A stretch of 64,000 nt of DNA from Neocallimastix sp. 'constans'. Taxonomy: Eukaryota. Below the pieces are notes generated by a model that was not told where the DNA came from, did not search any database, and was given only the letters and a program-made list of their open reading frames with translations. Each line of letters begins with the position of its first letter. Position 1 is the stretch's first letter. The translations under genes were made by a program, and so were the position numbers. The stretch is from the NCBI GenBank assembly GCA_050613775.1, contig JBODTK010000112.1, positions 248,001-312,000 on the forward strand, in the 5' to 3' direction. Shown one piece after another: positions 1 to 15,640 of the stretch.

Positions 1-672
1 TTAAATTCTTGTTTATTTTTTTAAAATTTTGAACAAATAAATTAAAACAGAATAAATTATGGAAAATGAAAAATGGAAAATGGAATAATAAAAAAAAAAA
101 GAAAAAAAAGAAAAAAAAATAGATAAAAGATATAAAGATATATAATTATATACATACAATAAATATTTTATAATATTAATGTATACTTTTATTAGTCATA
201 TTGATTAATATTTATATCCACTCATCACATTGTTATTAATTTTGATTAAGTGAGAATGAAAATTGACTTAATTAAAAAATTATTCATTATTTAATTATTT
301 AATTATTTTATTAATTAAATTAATTTTTAAATTTTTTTTTTTTTATTTATCTTTTATTTTTTAATCTATGGATGGACTTCTATTATATACAATTTCAATT
401 ACTAATATATTATACTATAGTGCAATATATAATATTAAAACTATTTTTTTTAAATAAAATAAAATAAAATAAATAATTTATTTATTTATTTTGTTTAATT
501 TGTTTAATTTGTACTACCCCAACTAAAGAAAAAAAAAAAGAAAAAAGAGAAGGAAGAAGAGAAAAGAGAGGATAGAATAATGAAAAATGAAAATTATATA
601 GTATTTTTTAATATAAAATAATTTGATTAAAAAAAAAATATGATATATATATATTAAAATAATTTCATTTAC

Positions 673-703
<31 letters not shown>

Positions 704-1544
704 TATATTTAAATAATTTCATTTACAAAAAAAAAAAAAATATATATATATATATATATAAATATACTTTTTTTAAAAAGATAATATTTTATATTAATAA
801 TAAATAATATGTGAGTATATATCATCAGTATCCTAAATAGAGATATTAATAAATAATAATTAATAAATTAATAAATAATGGAATAATAAATAATTAATAA
901 TGGAATAATTATAAATAATAAATAATAAATAATAAATATAATAAATAAATAGATAAATAATAAATAAATAAATAGTTAAATAATTGAATAATAAATAATA
1001 AATATAATACATGTTACTAAATAAAAAACAATATAAAAAAAAAAAAAATAAAAATAATAAATAATTAATAAATTAATTAAAAAAAAAATAAATAAATAAA
1101 TAATAAATAATTAATAAATTAATTAGGAAACAATAATAAATAATTACATAAATTTAGTAATAAAATAAAGTAAAAAAGTTGAATGAACCATATATATTAT
1201 ATTAACAAAAAAAAAAAAAAAAAAAAAAAAATAGTCTTCTTCAACCCCAAAAGAACTCCTTTTTGTTTTAGCCAATATTTTTTCATCAATTCTTTATTGT
1301 TATTATTATTAACTTAATGTTATTTTAATTATAATTTTTATTTTATTATAATGAGAAAAATAATAAAAAATAATAGAAAATAATAAAAAAATAAAAATAA
1401 AAATGAAAATATAATAATAAATTTACATAATAATTAAATATATATATATATAATTTCAAATAATTAAAACCCATTCAAAATATAATATATTTAATCAATA
1501 GTTTTTTATTTTTTTTCTTTTCATTAATAAAAAAAATTCAATAT

Positions 1545-1628
1545 AAAATAAATAAATAAATATTTAAAATAAATAAATAAATATTTAAAATAAATAAATA
1601 AATATTTAAAATAAATAAATAAATATTT
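1545..1628. repeat. 21-bp tandem repeat (aaaataaataaataaatattt) x4
   Basis: Direct inspection. Confidence 0.85.
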
Positions 1629-1805
1629 AAAATAAATAAATAAATAAATAAATCAAAAATTGTGAATATCTTTCAAAGTTAATTGATAATAATAGATCTT
1701 AAATTAAAATATTAATTTCATCATTACTTTATTTATTTTATTTATTCTATTTAAGCTTACTTTTCATTTATTAATTTGTAATTGATTAAATTACTTTATA
1801 ATTAG

Positions 1806-1836
<31 letters not shown>

Positions 1837-3123
1837 TCTTTTTTTTTAATTTATTATTACAATTACCGTTATTATAATTATCTTATATGAAAAAAAAAAT
1901 TGAATAATTCATTTATAATTATATATTATAAATCTATCAATTTTTTATTTATTTTATTTTTTAATTTTTTTTTTTTTTATTTTCTATTTTAATGAAGTAA
2001 TGAATTCAATAATAATACATTTAATAAAAAATTTTATGTATAATTAATGATATTAGTGTTAAGATATATTAAAAAAAGTTTTTTTTTTTTTTTTTTTTTA
2101 AAAAAAAATAATAATGAAAATAAAAATTAAAACCAATGAAATAATAATAAATCAACAAATGAAAATGAAAATAATAATAGTAAAAATGGAATAAAATTAT
2201 TAAAGAAAAAAAGGAACAATAAAATTATTATTTTTTAATAAAATTTTTATTAATTTAAAAAGAAAACTAAATTAAAAATCATTCAAGAAATAATATTGAT
2301 AATGATAATTGAATAATAATTGAATAATAATTGATATATAAATTATTATTCGATTATTATTCAATTTTTTTTTTTTTTTTAATGTTTATTTTATTTTATT
2401 TATTTATTTATTTATTTATTTGTTATTATTATTATTAAATAATCAAAAATAAATAAATTTATATCGATGCATAGAAGACCTTAAAACAAATTAAATTTAT
2501 TTATTTATTAATAATTAAATATATATATATATTTTTTTTAAAAAAAAAAATATTAATAATTTTTATTCCTATTAAATTCTTACTCATGGGATACTACTAA
2601 TTTAAATCATCATCATAATTATAATTAAAAAAAAATTTTTTTTCGTCTGTTAACCTTTTGATTTTCATTCTTGATATTATTGTTGGTTGCACTAATTCAT
2701 TTATTTAATTGATCGATTGTATTTTTTTTTTTTTTTTATTTAATTGCTATTAAAAATTAATTATAATAATAATAATGATAATGATTATTATTATAATCAT
2801 TATTATCATTATCAATATCATTTTTTATAAAATTATAAATATTTTATTATTATTAGTATTATTCATCATTAATTATTATTTTGTTCTTTTCTTATCATCT
2901 TATTGTTTGATATTTTTTAATTATTTTCATTTTGAATATTATTTTTATTATAATTATTATTATTATAAATTTATTTTATATATTATTAATTAAACTTTTT
3001 TACTTTTTAATAATTATTAAAATTTCCTATTTATATTAACATGATACAATTTTTTTTCAATATTTTCAATATATATATATAATATATTAAATTTATAATA
3101 AAAGAATTTGAGAAAAAAAAAAT

Positions 3124-3156
<33 letters not shown>

Positions 3157-6100
3157 TTAAAAAAATATAAATAAATTAATATTTAGATATGATTATTTAT
3201 ATATATATATTTTTTTTTCCTTATAGGCTAGTTTTTTTATATTTTAAATCTATAAAGATTCTTTTTTTTTTTTTTTTTTTTAATTAAATTATATAATCAT
3301 ATTTGAATATATAATGAGAAAACTGAAAACTACAACTATGTATATATAAAATCAGAACAAAAAAGAAAAAGAAAAAAATATATACTTTTTTTTTTATATT
3401 ATTAATAAATTTATTAATATAGAAATTAAAAATATTTATATTTTATATACAATACATATCATTTTCATAGTTTATTTTTTATAATTTAAAAAACCAATGA
3501 AAGTACTAAAAATATTAATATAAAATATTTTACAAAACATTTTATCAATTATAAAATTTTTTGAGAATAAAATATTTAATTTTTTTTTAATAAACATTTA
3601 ATAATAAAAGATTTTAAATGGAAGCATATGTATATATGATTAATTATATTTAAATTAAAATAATTTAAAAAAAAAAATATCAAATATCTTTTTATTTATA
3701 TATTTTAAATATTTATTATTATAATAAATCTATATTAAAATATTAATAATTTATATTATCTATATATAATATGTATAATTTTTTTTTATTAATAATTAAA
3801 AAATCAAAATTTTTATATTATTACTATATTAAATAAAATTATTTTTTTTTATTTTTTTAAAGAGTAAGAGTTAATAATCAATTTAAAAAAGCAAAAAAAA
3901 ATTTTTTTGAAATAAAAAAATAATAGAAGAAAAAAAAAGAAATTAAAATTACAATTAATAAAATTATAAAAAAAAAAAAAAGAAAAATGAGAATTACTAA
4001 AAAAATAAATCAAACTTTCAAACTTTTTGGATACTTCATTTAGAAATAAAGTTTATTTTTATTAATATTTTTTATTTTATCATTACTATTATTTTTAATT
4101 ATATATTATGTTTTATTTTATTATTATTTTTTATTATTACTATTATTATTTATTATTTATTATTTAGTATTTAGTATTTTTTTTTAAAAAAAAAAAAAAA
4201 AAAAAAATTAATTAAATTTTGTATTATCAATGATTTAATTTATTGCTCTTGTGCTTTTTTTTGTCCTACATTAAAGGTAAGACATAAAGTTACATCATTT
4301 TTAAATAAGTTTAAAATGAAAAATAAAAAAATTTTTTTTTTCATTTTAATCATTTTTAGATGATTTTTATTAATAAAAAAAAATTAAAATTAAAATCTTA
4401 ATATTAAAAAAAAAAATTATTTTCTATCTATGGTTAAAAATAATAATTTTTTTTAATATAACATGACTTTTTATATGAAAATTTAATAGATATTTAATTT
4501 AATTTAAATATTGTTGTATAATATATTAAATACACATTTTAATATTTAAATTGATTACATCATATTCCGTTGATTGTATGTGTGATACAAATGAAAAAAA
4601 AAAATAGAATTTTAAAAATATAAAAATAAAATTTTTTTATTTAAATTTTATTTTTTTTTTAATATATTTAAAATAATTAATCTTATTTTATTTTATAAAA
4701 TATAAAATATTAAATCTTTTTAATAATTTTATTAATTTTAAATATACTAAAATATATTAAACATATTTTTTAAATAAAATTGAAATGATTTATTAGATTT
4801 AATTTTAATTTATAATTATATATATAATAATTAAAGTTTTAATTATTCTATTTTTTTTATTTTTTAATTTAATTCTTTAATATAATTTTTTAATTTAATA
4901 CTATTTTATATTTTTTTTTTGTTTTTGTGTTACACTTATTCGCGAAAAAGAATTAAATCAAAACAATTAAAATAAATCAAAAAAAATGAAAAAAATTTCA
5001 AAAATAAAAGAAATTAAAAAATATTTATATACATTTGTTGTTTATCTTAAAAAAAGTTTAATTAAAAACAATAAAGTTTTTAACTTTAAATTCTAATTAA
5101 ATTTAATTTGTATTTAAAATTTAATTTTTAATAAAATTTTATTAATTTTTTAATTTAATTTAATAAATTAATAATAAAATAGGACAATCTTTATTACTAA
5201 TTATTTTTTGAATATAAAATTTACTTTCGGAAATAATTCCCGTTCAAATTCTTTTTTTTTTATATTATTAAAAATAAAAAAAAAAAAACATTAAAAGTAT
5301 AAATATTAATAAAAAAAAAAAGTGAAAAAGATAATTAATATTGTTTTTTTTTTTTTTTTTAGTTATTTTTGTTTTATATTAAAATAAAAAAATTTTTTAT
5401 TAATTTTTTTATTAAATAATAATATTTATTTATTTTTTTTGAGAAAATCATAAAAAACTAAAATAAATAGAGTTTATTTTTTTTTTTTTATTTATTAGTA
5501 CTTTTTAATAACTAATTTAAAATAAAATAAAATTTAAATAATCATAATACTAAAAAGAGAACAATATCTATTTTAACTTTTTCTATATACCGATCATGAT
5601 AAATAATTCATTTATTTGAGTACAAATAAACTCTTTTCTATGATAAATAAAAATACGAATATTTAAATACATAAGTAAATATTTATATATATTTATATAA
5701 AAGAAAGAGTTACCTTTTCTATCCTCTTATTGTTGAAAATAATAATCATAATTATAAAAGAAACATTTTCCTTTTTCTTTGTATATAAATATATTTATAT
5801 TTAATTAATTATATTAAATCTATCATTAGTTTATATTATTTTATATTTATTATTATTGTTTATCTATTGTTTTATTTTATTATTTTGTGTTTTATTTTTT
5901 ATTTTTATTTTTATTTTATATTATACTTTATGATATATGTATTACTTTAAATTATTATTAATATATAATACAAGAAATATAATAAAATATAATGGTATAA
6001 TATATATATGATATAATAAAAATTTTAATTCATATATATTATATGAAAATTGATGATATGTACAAAAAAACCTATTTTTTTTTAAATATTATATAATACA

Positions 6101-7569
6101 CTATTTATATATATATATTTAAATACATATTTTATTTTATTTTATTTTATTTTATTATCATTAATTCTTCGATATTTTATACTACTTTACTATTCATTTT
6201 GTTTTATTTTATTTAAATTGTACTTTATATTAATATATCAACTATATTATTTTATTTTATTTATTAATAAACTACATGAATTTGAATGAATCATTTAATA
6301 TACAATAATTAAGCAATCTATACTATAATAAATTTATGGAAAAATCTAATATTGGTATAAAATAGCATACTTTTAAATTTTAAATGAAATAACTATTATT
6401 ATAAAACTCAATATTTTTATTTTAATACAATTTTTTGTTTGTTTTTATTTGCTTTTTCTTATTAATTAAAACAAAAAATTATCATAAATAAAATAAACAG
6501 TTTCAATGTATAATTAATATATATATATTCACACATTATTTCATAAAAATAAAAATAAAAAATATTAAAAATTTTATTATAATTATTTTTATTCTTTTAT
6601 TTTTATTTTTTATTTTTCATTTCATTTCAATTTTTTATTTTTTTATTTTTTAAAATTAAAAATAATTTCAAATTTAATAACCTTTTATTAATTATCATCC
6701 TCCATTGTTTTAATTTCCTTTTTTTTTTTTTTTATTATTCTTATTTAAATTAATTTTTTCTTTTCTTTCATATAAATTTCATATATTTTTATATCTATTA
6801 TCATTTTTAATAATTATCTATATAATAATTATTTATTTATTTATTTATTTATTAAATATTTTAATAAAAATTAATTTAATTTAAATAATATTAATATTTT
6901 AAATTTAATTCAATATATTCCTAATCTAGTCGATATATATTTTAATTATATTATTTAATTAGTGATCCATTTACTATCATTGTAATCATTTAAAGTTGGA
7001 TTTTTAATGGATTATAGTTAAAAACTTTAATTTATGATATTTATGATATTTGGTAAAAAAAATTAAATAAATGAATAAATAAATTATTATTTATTTATTT
7101 ATTTTATTATTATTATTAATGAATAAAAACAATTTTATTATTTTTAATAATATTTATATATTCAATATACATTAATATATAAAACTATATAGGATATAAT
7201 AATGCTATTTATTATAAAAATAAGATTATATATATAGATATTCAAAAACAAAATAAAACAAAAAAAAAAAAAAAAAAAAAAAAAAACAAGAGTTTGCATT
7301 TTGATTTGGACTACAGAGCATTTACGTAATATACATATACATATAATGCTAAACGTATCTTGATTTAAAACTAATATGGAATTATTTTTTTTTTTTATAT
7401 GTAAACATTTTTTTTTCTAAAGCAATAATAATTAACTACTCATAATTTATTTTAATTATATCAAATATTAAGAAATAAAAAAAAAAAAATTCCATTGACA
7501 ACTTCATATATCTTAATATAGTTAAACTAAAGTACGACGTAATAATATTTTTAGGGATTAAGTGATTGA

Positions 7570-7806
<237 letters not shown>

Positions 7807-10360
7807 TTCAATCAATTTGATTTAAATTATATAATTATTATTTTAATACTTATATTAATATATATTTATTCTATATAATTATTTATATGAATATCATTAT
7901 ACTTACATAAATATTATTTATTTATTAAAGACTTTTATATTTATATTATTATATATGTAGATTTAACATATATTTTCTATATTTAATAGATAGATGTAAA
8001 ACTAAAAAAAGCAATATATTAAAATCTAATTTAATATATACATCTTATTATTTATTATTTAATTCAAATATATACATCAAATACAATTTATTTTTTTTTT
8101 CTTTTAATTCAAAGAAAAAAAGGAAAAAATAAAATAAAATAAAATAAAAAAAAAACAAAGAAAAAAAATTTTTTAAAGCCCAAATGTTACTCTTTCCATT
8201 TTTAGAAAAATTTTAATATATGGATTCATTATAAAATACATATATAACATTATAATCGTTAATTTAAAATATTATATAAATGATATATCGGAAAGCATTT
8301 TTTTTTTCTTTTTTAATTTTTAATTTTTAAATTCTAATTTTTGGTTTTTTAAAAGATAAGTCAATTTATTTTTTTATTTTTATTAAGTTTTTCCATTTAT
8401 TTATAATTAAATACATTCTAATAAATAAATTAAATATATTATCAATATATATAATAATATAAAAATCTAAATTAAGAAAAGTAAATTAATATATATGTAT
8501 ATATAAGTAAATAAATAAATATAAATAAATATATATATATAAATATATATAATTAAAGAAATACATATATTAAAATTAAAATAGCTAATTTATTAAAAAA
8601 TAAAAAAACAAAAAAAAAAAATTAAAAATTTATAATATATTAATTTTTTAGTTTATTAATGGTATTTATTGATATAAAGAAATAAAATGTTGTTTATGAC
8701 AATATGAGTTAAATACATTCATAAATATATAAATATTATATGGTAATGTTCTCATTATATATAAATAAAATAAATAAAAAAAGTAATCACATATGTTAGA
8801 CTATAAAAAAAAAGTTTATAAAAAAGTTTATTTTATTAGTGCAATAATTAATAGTTATATATATTAAAAGTAATTGTATTATATATATAACTAAGATTAC
8901 AATATATTATAATTATATGATAAATAGTTTTTCTTATTAATTTTTTTTTCTTTCAAACTATTGATTTTTATCTGAGTCATATAAAAAAAATACATTTATC
9001 ATCATATTTTATTTATTTATTTATTTATTTATTTATATTGATTCTAAATTGAACTTCACAAAAAGGTTTTAATTAATTTCATTGTAATTTGATATTTATT
9101 TATAGACTTTCTTAATGATAGTGTATTCTCTATTCTCTATTTTAATATTTTCATATTTTACTATTTTTTATATTTGGATCACTTTATATAGATATAAAAA
9201 GACACTTCTTGAAACTATTTCAATAAAAATTAAAAAAAAAAAAAAATTAATCTCGTTATACCTAAGTGCTATGATTATATTGAGCATAGGTATTATTTTT
9301 ACATAAATTTGAGAAAAATACTGCCTTTATTTCAAAAAAAAAAATTTTTTTTTCTATATATTATTATATAAAAAGATATTTAGCTTTAGTCATAAATAAA
9401 AAAAAAACTGTAATATAATATATAATAAACAAATAATATTTTATTATGAATTTTCAAAACTATAGTTAATAATAAATATAAAAAAAATAAATAATAATAA
9501 ATATATAATAAATAGATAAATAATAATACATAATAATAAATAATAAATAATAATAAATAGAAAAATAATAAATAGATAAATAAATAATAATAAATAAATA
9601 ATAAATAATAAATAATAATAAATATTAATAAATAATTGATATTAAATAAATAAATTATTAAATATATTAATTATAAAAATATTTATATATACTTATATTA
9701 TTTTCAACTAATTTATTATTTATTGTTAATACTATTTAAAATTGAAAGGATTAATTATTAATCGATTTATTTATTATTATTTCTTAAAAAATTAAAATTA
9801 ATTAATTATACATATATTATTAAATCTTATTTATTATTAAATATTAATTTATATAATATTTTATATATTTTTTTTATTTTTTTTTTTCATCATAAGTAGT
9901 AATAAATTAAAAAAAATTTTTTTTAGTAAAAATTAGAATTCATTAAATAAAATATATAAATAATTAAAAAACACACTTTTTTTTTTTTTATTTTAATTTC
10001 AATTTTTCTTTTCCTTTTTTTTTTTTTACTATTATTTCATTCTACGTTTTATTATTCTTTTCTTATATAAAAAATAAAAATAAAAATAAAAAAAAATTAA
10101 AATAATATATAAAATTAACATTTTATTTATAATAATTTATAATAAAGGGAAAAAAGTTTTTTTTTTTTTCTGAAAATAGTTTTTATAAATCTAATAAAAA
10201 CTAAGAAAAAATTAAACAATTTATTTGTTTAATCTAAAACTTTCTTTTATAATATGTTATAAAAGTGTAAACTTTTTTTTTTTTTATAAATGTTTTTCAA
10301 TTGAAATCATAAAAAAAAAAAATAAGAAAAAGTTTAGAAAAGAAGAATAAATATTGTAAA

Positions 10361-10403
<43 letters not shown>

Positions 10404-11680
10404 CAAATACATAACAATTATATTATTTAGATAATAATATAACAAATTAACAATATATAATTCTTTTTTTTATATCAATATTTTTTTTAAAAAAAATAAA
10501 AAAAGTTTACCAAAAAATACCATACGTTATAAGTCAATTTATAAACGAAAGATTATATATATATATATAAAATTTATATATAATTAATTTTCAAGACAAA
10601 ACAAAAAGTGTCTGTTTATATATATATAATATATATAATAGTACAAAATATCAATAATATCAAAAGCTATAAAAAAAAAAAAGTGAAAAAGAAATTAACA
10701 AAAATTTCAATATAATATTTTTTTTTAACAGAAAAGAATAATATAATAAATAAAGTAAAAACTTCTGGAAGGTTTTTTATTTTATTTTAAATGAAATTAT
10801 AAAAAAAAAAAAGATACATAAACTAGTTTTAGTTTTATATATATATATCTTTTTTTTTTTTTTTTTTCTATCCTTTAAATTTACGTAATAACATAGAAGA
10901 TTTAGTTTACAATATCTATATATATATATATTTTTATTTCTTATAAAAAAAAGTTTTAATAATTAATATATATATATATATTTTTTAAAATAAAGAATAT
11001 AAAACATTTTTACTAGTTTCAAAAATATATTAGTATACAATTTTAATTTTCGTTTTTTTAAATAAAAAAAAATAATTAATAATTAGAGTTAGAATTTTTT
11101 TTTTTTTTTATCTTTTTTATTTTGATATTGTATTTTTAGTTTGAATTTTGAAAATATTAAATAATATATATATTTGTATATATAAAAAAAAATAAAAAAG
11201 TACATATATTTAAAATTCAAATTAGTTTAATTAATTTTTAGTTAGTACATAAACTACCCAAATTAATTTTAATAAATATATAAACCATTTCAGTTAATTT
11301 TAATTAATATATAAACTATTTCAGTTAATTTTAATTAATATATAAATTGTTCTAATTAATTTTAGTTGAATTTTCAAATTATTTTTTCTACTTATGAATA
11401 AATTTCAAAAATACTTGTATAATACTAACTTTTATTCATATATGATAATCATAATTTATATTACTGTGTAATATATGTATGGTTACATTTAAAGTAAAAA
11501 AAAAAATAATAATAATAAATAATAATAATAACACCATAAAAAAAAAAAAAGAAAGAAAGCGGACTTATCTAAGAAGTAAAGAAAAAAAGAATTTGTAATA
11601 TAAAATTTTTCTGAACAAAAACGAAAAACAAAACCTCAAATAATAATAATATCAAATAATTATTAATAAAAGTCAATTGT

Positions 11681-11704
11681 ATGATAACAACTATCGATAT
11701 TTAA
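11681..11704 (+). promoter_or_regulatory. Candidate uORF1 (MITTIDI*) upstream of the Gcn4-like gene
   Basis: One of only two + strand ATGs between 11482 and 13025. TSS unknown. Confidence 0.25.
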
Positions 11705-12287
11705 AATAACAGTGCAACAATTATTTTTTTACCACTTATAAAAATATTAAAATATTTAGTTTTTTTTTTTTTTTTTATTTTTATTTTTACATAAATATAT
11801 ATATATTTTATTTCTTTATATATTTTTATTCATAGAATATTACTTTGAAAGAAAAATAAATTGGTAAAAAAAAAAAAAAAAAAAACAATAAAGTATTAAT
11901 TATATATTTTATATTGTTAAAAAAAAAAAAAAAAAAAAAAAGGTAAATATATATTTGGTGATATTCTATTATTAAATTAATAGTTTTTGCTTTATATATA
12001 TATATATATTTCTTTTTTTTAGATAGCTATAATTACATATATATATATATTTATATTATTATTAAAATATTACTTACAACTTACCTTTATTTTATTTGTA
12101 CCTAATATATTTGTTATCTTTTTTTTTTTTTTTTTTATTATTATTATTCTTTTTTTTACTACCCTTAATATTTTTTTAGAATACTTTCATTACTTTTTTT
12201 TTTCCATAATTATTTTTACCCTCTAATTTTTCATTAATATTCAGATATATAAGAAAAAAAAGAAAAAGAAAAATTATATTGAATTCA

Positions 12288-12356
12288 ATGATACAGATAA
12301 ATTACTTTTCTTATAATAAAAAAATAATAGAAATATTCAATAATATAACAAAATAA
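12288..12356 (+). promoter_or_regulatory. Candidate uORF2 (22 aa) upstream of the Gcn4-like gene
   Basis: Last ATG before the main start; no further ATG in the 735 nt before 13026. TSS unknown. Confidence 0.3.
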
Positions 12357-12357
12357 A

Positions 12358-12393
<36 letters not shown>

Positions 12394-12960
12394 TAAATAA
12401 AAAAAGGACAACATTCAAATTCATTGAATAAAAAGCTCATAAAAAAGAATATAAATAACATTTATAGTTAATAATAATAAAAAATAAAAAAAATAAAAAT
12501 AAAAATAAAAGTATTAAAAAACTCAAATCCAAGGGAAAAAAAGTTTTAACTATTTTTTTTTTTTTTTTTTATATTGTCATTCAAATCATTATTATTGTAC
12601 ATAACATATTATATATAATATAAATAATTATTGTATATAACATATTATATATATAATAATTAATTATTATTGTGCATAACATATTATATACATTATATAT
12701 AATAAAAAATTTTTAAATAATCAGTTAAAAAAAAAAAAAAAAATACCATAAATAACAATCTTTTCTTTATAATATAAATAATAAAAATAAAAATAAATAA
12801 TAAAAAAAGTAAATATTAAACTAAAAATTATACTATTTAATTTGTAAATTTGTAATAATTAGATCAGGAAAGAAAAGATAAGAAGAAAATAAATAAAAAA
12901 AAAAAAAAAAAAAAAAAAAAAGCATTCAATCCAAAAACCAAAAACCAAAACAAAACAAAA

Positions 12961-12997
<37 letters not shown>

Positions 12998-13025
12998 AAA
13001 TTAAATAAAATTAAAAAAAGAAAAG

Positions 13026-15454
13026 ATGAATAACAAAGGTTTTCAAGGTTTTGGTACTAATCCACCATCTCAAACACAACTTTATCCAGATGGTACTATA
13101 AGAATTATTCAAAATACTGTTGCTAATCCAATGACTCAAGATACTAAATGGATTGCTACTACTGCTATGATTCAACAACCACAACAACCACAACAACCTC
13201 AAGAACAACATCCTCATCAACATCCACAAATTGTTCAATCTAATGAAATTTCATCTCAAACTATTTATTATTCTCAAGGTCAAGGTCAAGGTCAAGGTCA
13301 ACCCATTATTGTAAAACAATCTTCTCTTAGTGGAAATACAGTGAATACTACTACTCCAACCATACCTTATAATTCATCAGTTTATACGGCTCAAGCTCAA
13401 GCTCAGGTTCAAGCTCAGGTTCAAGCTCAAGCTCAAACTCAAGCTCAGGCTCAGGCTCAAGCTCAAACTCAACTTCAACTTCAAGGTCAAGTTCAAGGTC
13501 AAACTCAAGTCATTCCATTATATTCAACTTCTCAAATGAATATTCAAATGGCCAATACTCCACCAAATGCACCTATTAATACTCTATCTGGTTCTAATAT
13601 TATAAATGATATTTCTACCACTTATACAGTAGCTCAAGAAACTAAAAATTACACTAATCCAATTTTTGTTCTTCCCTCTCCATCAACTCCTACTCCACAA
13701 ATTAATTATACCACATCAAATACCGCTACTGTTACACCTACTTCTTCTACTACTACTACTACCAATAATAATAATAATATAAATTCCAGTCCTACCTTAA
13801 TTCAGATTCAACAACAAACTCCACCTCAAACTACCCTACAACAGTCCACCAATGGTTCAAATTATATTACTGTACAAAAAGCAAATGGCTTAACTTCAAC
13901 TCAACAAGTTATTCTTCAAGCTCCTCCTACTCCTTATAGTAATAGTCCAACAACAGCTCAAGTTCAAGTTTTAACTCAAAATGGTAATAATTCTGTCCTA
14001 TCTCCAACACAAATACAATATCAATATAGTGTTACGCCACCATTGTCATCTGAAAAAGAAATAAAAATAAAACAAGAAAATAAAATATCACCTGAAATGA
14101 CCATTTTAGGTGTTGATAAAATAGAAAATGGTCATATTATTAAACAAGAAAATATTAATAATAGTAATAGCAATAGTAATAATAATACTAGTAGTGGTGA
14201 TATTGGTTCTTCTCCAACGACTTCCAAAACCATTTATTCAGTAGAAACTTCCAATTCTTTATCTCAAACTCAAGAAAAAGAAAATACTAATACTACGCTA
14301 ACAAAGGAGAATTTATCCCCCGCTGGCGAGGATAAGGGTAAATTAGAACATCAAAGTTCAATCTCCCAAACTCATGGTAATATTATTTCTTCTTCTATTA
14401 TTACCTCTAGTACTTCCATTCCCTCTTCTTCTACTATTCTTACTACTTCTAATACTTCTAATAAAATGGAAATTATTACAGGTAGTACAGTGAAGGAAGA
14501 ACAATTAAATTTAAATTCAATGAATACGTCTTCTTCCTTGAATCCAAATTCAGGTATTAAGGAGACAGGAAATATAATGAATATTGATTCTATAGATACA
14601 AAAATAAATAATATTAATGGTCTTGCGGTAATAGCAACTACCAATGCTACGGCCATGATGACACAAGGTATGATACAAAATACTACTCCAACAGCAAATA
14701 CTACTCAAAATATAAATATGATTCAAGGTGTTCAGGGAGGAGTTGGTGTAAATTTAAGAATGAATATTACTTCCCCTGTTAATGGTATCAATGTTTTAAA
14801 TGGAATGAATAATGTAAATTATATTTCCAATGTCAATGTTAATCCTATAAATACAGTGAGTACGATGAATGGTACTACTAGTGTTAATAATGTTGTTCCT
14901 ATGAATAGTATGAATACTGTGAATACTATGAATGGATTAAATGGTACCGGCGGTAATGTTAATGTCAATGTCAATGGTATTAGTTCTGTGAATGGTGTTC
15001 AGATAGCTACTGCCATTCCACAACCTGTTCAATCCATGAATAATATAAATATGATAAGTAATAATGGTGGAAATATTATTAGTATTTCACCTACATCATC
15101 CACTCTTCCAATTAATGCTAATCAATCAATAAATCTTTATTATAATCAAGGTCAAAATATAATGAATACTACACCTTCTAATGTTGCTACAACTACCCTC
15201 AACTATTCAAATTCAAATAGAATGAAAGTGAATGTTAATAAAGGATCTAATGGTTACCCTCGTACTAAAAATTCACATATTGTAGATCCTGATGTCCCAC
15301 TTGAAGTTTTAATTAAAAGAAGGAAAAATAGTAAGTTATTTTATTTTATTTTATTTTTTTTTATTTTTTTTTTTTATTATTTAATTATTTTTTATTATTA
15401 TTATGGTTATTATTATTATTGTTATTGTTATTATTATTGTTGTTATTATTGTCA

Positions 15455-15489
<35 letters not shown>

Positions 15490-15502
15490 ATTATAATTAT
15501 TA

Positions 15503-15533
<31 letters not shown>

Positions 15534-15604
15534 TATTATTATTGTTGTTGTTGTTATTGTTGCTTATTTATTATTTTATTTTATCATTTTATTATCTTAT
15601 TACT

Positions 15605-15640
<36 letters not shown>

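Noticed and set aside
2480..2587. Minus-strand ATGA|GTAAGA ... TTTTAAG micro-exon/intron
   Set aside because: The spliced product is a short peptide with no recognisable features. At most a UTR intron of a gene outside the window; unsupported.
7551..7556. TTAGGG / CCCTAA telomere-like hexamers (also ~31250)
   Set aside because: Single copies, not arrays.
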